From assembly GCA_963741955.1 (NCBI GenBank), contig CAVUKB010000009.1:1-64000 (forward strand): a stretch of DNA of 64,000 bases, in the 5' to 3' direction. The notes beneath the pieces are model-generated. The model made no database searches and had not been told where the DNA came from. It saw only the letters and a list, made by a program, of their open reading frames with translations. This document shows positions 58,921 through 64,000 of this stretch, in pieces. Source of the stretch: an uncultured Acidobacteriota bacterium. GTDB taxonomy: Bacteria > Acidobacteriota > Thermoanaerobaculia > Gp7-AA8. Position 1 is the first letter of the stretch. Every line of letters starts with the position of its first letter. The position numbers and the translations under genes were made by a program.

Positions 58921-60501
58921 ATGCCATCTCGTCCTTTTCTTCTCCTCGTCGTCATCGACGGTCTCGGTTGCCGTAAACAGACGAACTGGAACGCGTTCGC
59001 CGAGGCGAAGACTCCGGTTTTCGACCGGCTCTTTTCCGAGGAGCCGTGGACCACGCTCGAGGCCTCCGGCCTCGCGGTCGGACTTCCTCCCGGTCAGATG
59101 GGCAACTCCGAGGTGGGACACCTGAACATCGGCGCGGGCCGGATCGTCGATCAGGACATCGTCCGGATCTCCAAGGCGATCGAGAGGGGGGAGCTGGCGA
59201 AGAATCCGGTCCTGGTCGATCTCTTCCGGAGGGTGAAGGAATCGGGATGTGCAGTGCATTTCGCCGGACTTCTCTCCGAGGGTGGAGTGCACTCTTTGCA
59301 GTCGCATCTTCACGGGCTGATCGATGCCGCGATCGCGAACGGGCTGGAGAGCATCGACGGGATGCCGCGGATATTCATACACGCGATCCTCGACGGCCGC
59401 GATACGCCTCCGATGTCGGCGGTGGCGAACCTCTCCCGCCTGAACGAGTTCCTCGAGGACAAACCACAGACGGCGCTCTCCACGATCATCGGACGCTATT
59501 ACGCGATGGATCGCGACAAGCGCTGGGAGCGGATCAACAAGGCGTGGGATCTCTGGACACTCGGAATCGGGACGGAGAGCTCCGATCCGATCGCATCGGT
59601 GGAGCGATTCTACGAAGCGAACATCACCGACGAGTTCATGGAGCCGATTGCAGTCCTCGCTTCCGACGGCGCTCATCGTGGGAAGATCCGCGACGGTGAC
59701 GCCGTATTGCTGTTCAATTTTCGCGCGGACCGGATGCGGCAGATCGTGTCTGCATTCCGGGACGACGACTTCCAGGGCTTCGAGCGCGAGATCCGGCCGA
59801 AGGTCGATCTCGTCTCCATGAACCGCTACCATCAGGACTTCGATTTTCCGGTCATCTTTCCTCCGCAGAAGATCTCGAACCATCTCGGAGAAGTCTTCGC
59901 GGCGCAGGGGATGAAGCAGCTCCGGATCGCGGAGACGGAGAAGTACGCACACGTGACATTCTTTTTCAACGGCGGCTCGGACACGGTCTCGCCGGGAGAA
60001 GAGCGGATCCTCATCCAGTCTCCGAAGGTCGCCACGTACGATCTCCAGCCTGAGATGTCCCTCCCCGAATTGAGCGCCCGGGTGATCGAAGAGATCGGGA
60101 GCCGGAAGTACGACGCCATCGTCATGAACATCGCCAACCCCGACATGGTCGGGCACACCGGAGTGATGGACGCGACGGTGAAGGCCGTCGCCGCGACGGA
60201 TGAGGCGATCGGACGAATCCTCGGCGCGGTGGCGGCAGTCGGCGGGATCACTCTGATTACGGCCGACCACGGCAATTGCGAGCTGATGTACGACCCGGCG
60301 ACGGGACAGGCGCATACCGCCCACACCACCAATCCGGTTCCGCTGATTCTGATCGATCCGGAAAAGCGATACCGTTCGCTGGATGCCGGAGGGGCGCTGG
60401 AGAACGTCGCCCCAACCATTCTGGACATTCTTTCCATCCCCAAGCCTTCGGAGATGACCGCGGAATCCCTCCTCGGCGAAGATGGTTCGCAAGCGAGATG
60501 A
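58921..60501 (+). CDS. gpmI: 2,3-bisphosphoglycerate-independent phosphoglycerate mutase
   Basis: GQMGNSEVGH; LDGRDTPP; GRYYAMDRDKRW; AETEKYAHVT; DMVGHTG; TADHGN. Confidence 0.97.
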   Translation: MPSRPFLLLVVIDGLGCRKQTNWNAFAEAKTPVFDRLFSEEPWTTLEASGLAVGLPPGQMGNSEVGHLNIGAGRIVDQDIVRISKAIERGELAKNPVLVDLFRRVKESGCAVHFAGLLSEGGVHSLQSHLHGLIDAAIANGLESIDGMPRIFIHAILDGRDTPPMSAVANLSRLNEFLEDKPQTALSTIIGRYYAMDRDKRWERINKAWDLWTLGIGTESSDPIASVERFYEANITDEFMEPIAVLASDGAHRGKIRDGDAVLLFNFRADRMRQIVSAFRDDDFQGFEREIRPKVDLVSMNRYHQDFDFPVIFPPQKISNHLGEVFAAQGMKQLRIAETEKYAHVTFFFNGGSDTVSPGEERILIQSPKVATYDLQPEMSLPELSARVIEEIGSRKYDAIVMNIANPDMVGHTGVMDATVKAVAATDEAIGRILGAVAAVGGITLITADHGNCELMYDPATGQAHTAHTTNPVPLILIDPEKRYRSLDAGGALENVAPTILDILSIPKPSEMTAESLLGEDGSQAR

Positions 60502-61121
60502 TCGAGACGCTGATCTTCGTGCGCCACGGCGAGACCGTCGACAACCTTCGAGGAGTCGCTCAGGGATGGAGTGACAGCGATCTCTCGCCGCGCGGTCAGG
60601 AGCAGGTGAAACGCCTGGCGCGACGTCTGACCCGCATGGAGCCGACTTCCCTTTACAGCTCGACCCTCCCGCGCGCGATCACCACCGCGACCGTAATCGC
60701 CGGAGAGATCGCGCTCGATCCGGTGCCGCTGGACGACCTTCGGGAAATGCACTGCGGACGATGGGAGGGACAATCGTTCGTCGAACTGCGTAACTCGGAT
60801 GAAGACGCGTACCAGCGCTGGGCCGGGGATCCGGAGGTGGCGTGTCCGGAAGGGGAGTCGTACGCAGATGTTCTGATCCGGATGAAGCGGGCGCTCCAGA
60901 CGATCGAAACGCGGGAGAATGGCAACGGGAGACGGCCGGTGATCGTCTCACACGGCACGGCGATCCGGATCATCGCGACGGAGCTTCTCGGGATCGACCT
61001 CCGCGCGGCGCGGAATCTCGCCCTCGACAATGCGGCGGTCAACGTCTTCGAGCGAAGAGGAGAGCGCTGGGTGCTGAAGGTATGGAACGACACCACCCAC
61101 TGTGAGGGAGCAGTCGAATGA
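60498..61121 (+). CDS. Histidine phosphatase family protein
   Basis: RHGET; LREM..G.WEG; GES; VSHG. Confidence 0.9.
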   Translation: MIETLIFVRHGETVDNLRGVAQGWSDSDLSPRGQEQVKRLARRLTRMEPTSLYSSTLPRAITTATVIAGEIALDPVPLDDLREMHCGRWEGQSFVELRNSDEDAYQRWAGDPEVACPEGESYADVLIRMKRALQTIETRENGNGRRPVIVSHGTAIRIIATELLGIDLRAARNLALDNAAVNVFERRGERWVLKVWNDTTHCEGAVE

Positions 61122-63088
61122 TTCTCGAACGCATCGTCGAAGAGCTCTCCGAGGCGCTGAAGGGCCGCGTGCTGACACTGTTCGGACACGCAGTGGATCG
61201 CGTGGTTCTCCAGACGCCGCCGCGGCTGGAGATGGGAGACCTGGCGACGCCGCTCGCTCTCGAGCTCGCGCGAGTGCTGAAAAGGGCGCCGCGTCAGATC
61301 GCGCAAACCATCATTCAGGAGATGCACCTCCCGGCACTCGTCGCGGAGGTGAGGGTGGAGGGAGCGGGGTACATCAACTTCCGCTTCGACCGCGGGGGGT
61401 TCACCCGCGAGTACATCGGCCGGGTGCTCGAGCCGCCCGTCCCGGCCGGCGAGCGTGTCACCATCGAGCACACCAACATCAATCCCAACAAGGCCGCTCA
61501 CATCGGTCACCTGAGAAACGCGGTGCTCGGTGACACGCTGGTCCGCTCGCTCGACTGGCTGGGGTACGACGTCGAAGCGCAGAACTACATCGACGACACC
61601 GGAGTGCAGGTCGCGGACGTGGTGGTCGGATTCGAGCACCTCCTGGGCGAAGGCGTCGAGCAGGTGCTGGCGCGCATCGCGGACCGCTCGGAGCGATTCG
61701 ATTATTTCTGCTGGGACCTCTACTCCCGGATGGCCCGGTATTACGAAGAGCATCCGGAAGGAGTGGAGTGGCGCCGGGAAACCCTGCACCGCATCGAGAA
61801 GCAGGAAGGCGAGACCGCGAAGCTCGCCGCAGTCATCGCCGGTGCGATCGTACGGCACCACATCGGGACGGCGTTGCGGCTCGGGATCGAATACGACCTT
61901 CTGGTCAAAGAAAGCGACATCATCCGTCAGAACTTCTGGGAGCTCGCGTTCGAAAGACTCAAGGCCGCCGGAGCGGTGATCTACGAGGAGTCGGGGAAGC
62001 ACGCCGGCTGCTGGGTGATGAAGCTCTCCGAGTCGCCCGAATTCGAAGGCCTGGAGGAGCCCGACAAGATTCTGGTCCGCTCCAACGGAACGGTGACTTA
62101 CGTCGGGAAAGACATCGCCTATCAGCTCTGGAAGTTCGGGCTGATCCCGAGGACATTCGAGTATCGTCCGTTCTCGCGTTACCAGGACGGGAGGATTCTC
62201 TGGGAGACGACGAGCGAAGGTGACGGCGATCCGGAAGCGCCGCGATTCAGCGGGGCCGATCGGGTCTTCAACGTGATCGACATCCGGCAGGGATATCTGC
62301 AGAAGATCGTCCGTGAAGGAGTCCGGCAGCTGGGTCACGAAACGGCGGCGGAGCGATCGATCCACTTCTCGTACGAGATGGTCGCCCTCAGTCCCGCCAC
62401 CGCGCGGGAGCTCGGCTTCGAGGTCAAAGACGAGGATATGTCGAAGGCCTATCTCGAGATGTCGGGTCGGAAAGGGCTCGGCGTGAAGGCCGACGATCTT
62501 CTCGACCAGCTGGCGCTCAAGGCCGCGGAGGCGGTGCGGGAAGGAGTGGCCGGAGCCGAGGGGGCGAGTGACGAAGAGATCGCGGAGCTGGCCCGCCAGA
62601 TCGCGGTCGGAGCGCTCCGTTACTTCATGCTCAAGTACGGTCGGAACAAGGTGATCGCGTTCGATTTCCGCGAGGCGCTCAGCTTCGAGGGCGATTCCGG
62701 CCCGTATCTGCAGTACTCGACGGTACGTGCGCAGAACATTTTCCGGAAGATGGAGGAGCGCGACGTCGATCCGCTTCTCGACCCGCACTCGCTCGACCGG
62801 CTGACCATCGGCGGTACGATGCCGGACGAGATCTGGGAGATCGTGCGGATGAGTGCAGAGACGGGTATGGCGGTTCGGCGCGCGGTCGAATCACTGGAGC
62901 TTTCGACCCTCACGCACCACGCTTTCGACCTCGCACAGAAATTCAATTCTTTCTACCACAAGTTCCCTATACTGAATGAAAAGGACGAGGCCGAACGTCA
63001 GCGTCGAGCCGCGTGCGCAGAAATCTTCCGCCAGACGATGCACGGAATTCTCAAGCTGATGGGAATCCCGCTTCCCCCGCGGATGTAA
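61118..63088 (+). CDS. argS: Arginine--tRNA ligase
   Basis: NPNKAAHIGHLRN; YIDDTGVQ; MSGRKG; GDSGPYLQYS; C-terminal PRM. Confidence 0.95.
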   Translation: MILERIVEELSEALKGRVLTLFGHAVDRVVLQTPPRLEMGDLATPLALELARVLKRAPRQIAQTIIQEMHLPALVAEVRVEGAGYINFRFDRGGFTREYIGRVLEPPVPAGERVTIEHTNINPNKAAHIGHLRNAVLGDTLVRSLDWLGYDVEAQNYIDDTGVQVADVVVGFEHLLGEGVEQVLARIADRSERFDYFCWDLYSRMARYYEEHPEGVEWRRETLHRIEKQEGETAKLAAVIAGAIVRHHIGTALRLGIEYDLLVKESDIIRQNFWELAFERLKAAGAVIYEESGKHAGCWVMKLSESPEFEGLEEPDKILVRSNGTVTYVGKDIAYQLWKFGLIPRTFEYRPFSRYQDGRILWETTSEGDGDPEAPRFSGADRVFNVIDIRQGYLQKIVREGVRQLGHETAAERSIHFSYEMVALSPATARELGFEVKDEDMSKAYLEMSGRKGLGVKADDLLDQLALKAAEAVREGVAGAEGASDEEIAELARQIAVGALRYFMLKYGRNKVIAFDFREALSFEGDSGPYLQYSTVRAQNIFRKMEERDVDPLLDPHSLDRLTIGGTMPDEIWEIVRMSAETGMAVRRAVESLELSTLTHHAFDLAQKFNSFYHKFPILNEKDEAERQRRAACAEIFRQTMHGILKLMGIPLPPRM

Positions 63089-63099
63089 GAGGACTTCCG

Positions 63100-63267
63100 A
63101 TGGAACTGACCTGGCAGGATTACGCGATACGCGCACTTGTGCTCGCCTGTGGTGCGGTTGCCGCAGGGATCTTCATCTTGAAAGGTGAAGGGCAGACGCT
63201 CATCGCGCTGGCGATCGGCGGCTCATTTGGAGCCGGCCTGCTCGCCCGCTTCGGCCACCAGGGCTGA
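63100..63267 (+). CDS. Small 2-TM membrane protein
   Basis: ATG after GAGGA; two hydrophobic segments. Confidence 0.55.
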   Translation: MELTWQDYAIRALVLACGAVAAGIFILKGEGQTLIALAIGGSFGAGLLARFGHQG

Positions 63268-63306
63268 CTCTTCCGTTCTGACCGCGGCCTTTCCCGGAAC
63301 CGTGAA

Positions 63307-63579
63307 TCAGTCGCCCGTGTCGCCCGTCTCGCCAGAGCTCTCGACCTCGCCGCCTGCAGCCGTTCCGCCGCCTTCGATGCGTGTCACGTTCTCGGCGTGA
63401 AGACCTTTGGGTCCTTCCTTGAGCTCGTACTCGACCGGATCTCCTTCTTTCAGTGTGCGGTATCCCGCCTGGTTCACGATCGCGGTGTGATGGACGAACA
63501 CGTCTTCGCCCGTGTTCCGCTTGATGAAGCCATAGCCTTTCTCATTGTTGAACCATTTCACGATGCCAATCTCGCCCAT
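63307..63579 (-). CDS. Cold-shock domain protein
   Basis: VKWFNNEKGYGFI; DVFVHHTAI; GYRTLKEG. Confidence 0.95.
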   Translation of the reverse strand: MGEIGIVKWFNNEKGYGFIKRNTGEDVFVHHTAIVNQAGYRTLKEGDPVEYELKEGPKGLHAENVTRIEGGGTAAGGEVESSGETGDTGD

Positions 63580-63670
63580 ACTGACTGCTCCCTCGCCTCT
63601 GAGGTTGCAAGCTCCTTGCCCCTGAGGCCTGTTTCGACGCGACGTGATGCGGGTGGGCGATTGCGCATGA

Positions 63671-64000
63671 TCACCAGATCAGCGCCCTGTTCTGACCGAT
63701 TCTCCTGAAGCCGAGCGATTCGTACAGCGCGATGGCCGCGGCGTTGAAGTCGTTGACGAAGAGCGTGACGCTCTTTCCCTCCCGAAGGATGTGGCCGCTG
63801 ATCTCCGACATCCCGAGCCGGGCCAGCCCCCGGCGGCGCCAGGCGGGCGCCGTCCATACACCCATGAGCTGGATGGTCGCCGGAGTCACCGCGGAGAGCT
63901 CGCACTTGAACACCAGTTGCCGCTCCCGGAACATGATCAGAGAGCGTCGCCTCCAGACCAGCTCACGGACCCGCTCGCGGTATCCGAACGCGTCGCGCTC
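63671..64000 (-). CDS. GNAT acetyltransferase (C-terminal part; 5' end outside window)
   Basis: GVWTAPAWRRRGLA; LFVNDFNAAAIALYESLGF. Confidence 0.85.
   Translation of the reverse strand, partial: ERDAFGYRERVRELVWRRRSLIMFRERQLVFKCELSAVTPATIQLMGVWTAPAWRRRGLARLGMSEISGHILREGKSVTLFVNDFNAAAIALYESLGFRRIGQNRALIW

Noticed and set aside
58687-62788. Long antisense ORFs (601 aa and 711 aa) opposite gpmI and argS
   Set aside because: Typical high-GC shadow ORFs opposite well-supported genes.

Overview
GC-rich bacterial chromosomal window, probably Acidobacteriota (Thermoanaerobaculia-like; inferred from the VWA protein, IPTL-CTERM protein and RomR-like regulator). About 1.5-43.7 kb is a large surface-glycan region: two flippases, three polymerase/ligase-like membrane proteins, six GT4 transferases, an AsnB-like amidotransferase, three methyltransferases, fnlABC-wbuB (L-FucNAc), pglF/pglE/pglC-like genes and a sulfotransferase. 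It carries its own PAPS supply (cysC-cysD-cysN, SLC13 permease, cysQ) and embedded secreted surface proteins. Superimposed on this is a REP/RAYT system. An HUH/Y1 REP-associated tyrosine transposase (39722-~40389, apparently frameshifted) is flanked by GTGG-hairpin REPs, and the same REP is amplified as a 15-copy 48-bp array. Two further hairpin-repeat arrays (~203-bp and ~209-bp units) bracket an EgtB/OvoA-like gene; the cognate and ~203-bp-array REPs share a GTGG + 8-nt arm + TCY-loop geometry, and both larger arrays show compensatory stem changes. The last 16 kb is mostly housekeeping (RNB nuclease, tRNA-Pro, gpmI, argS, csp). No CRISPR array or prophage is present. All annotations come from reading the sequence and recalling motifs; no searches were run.
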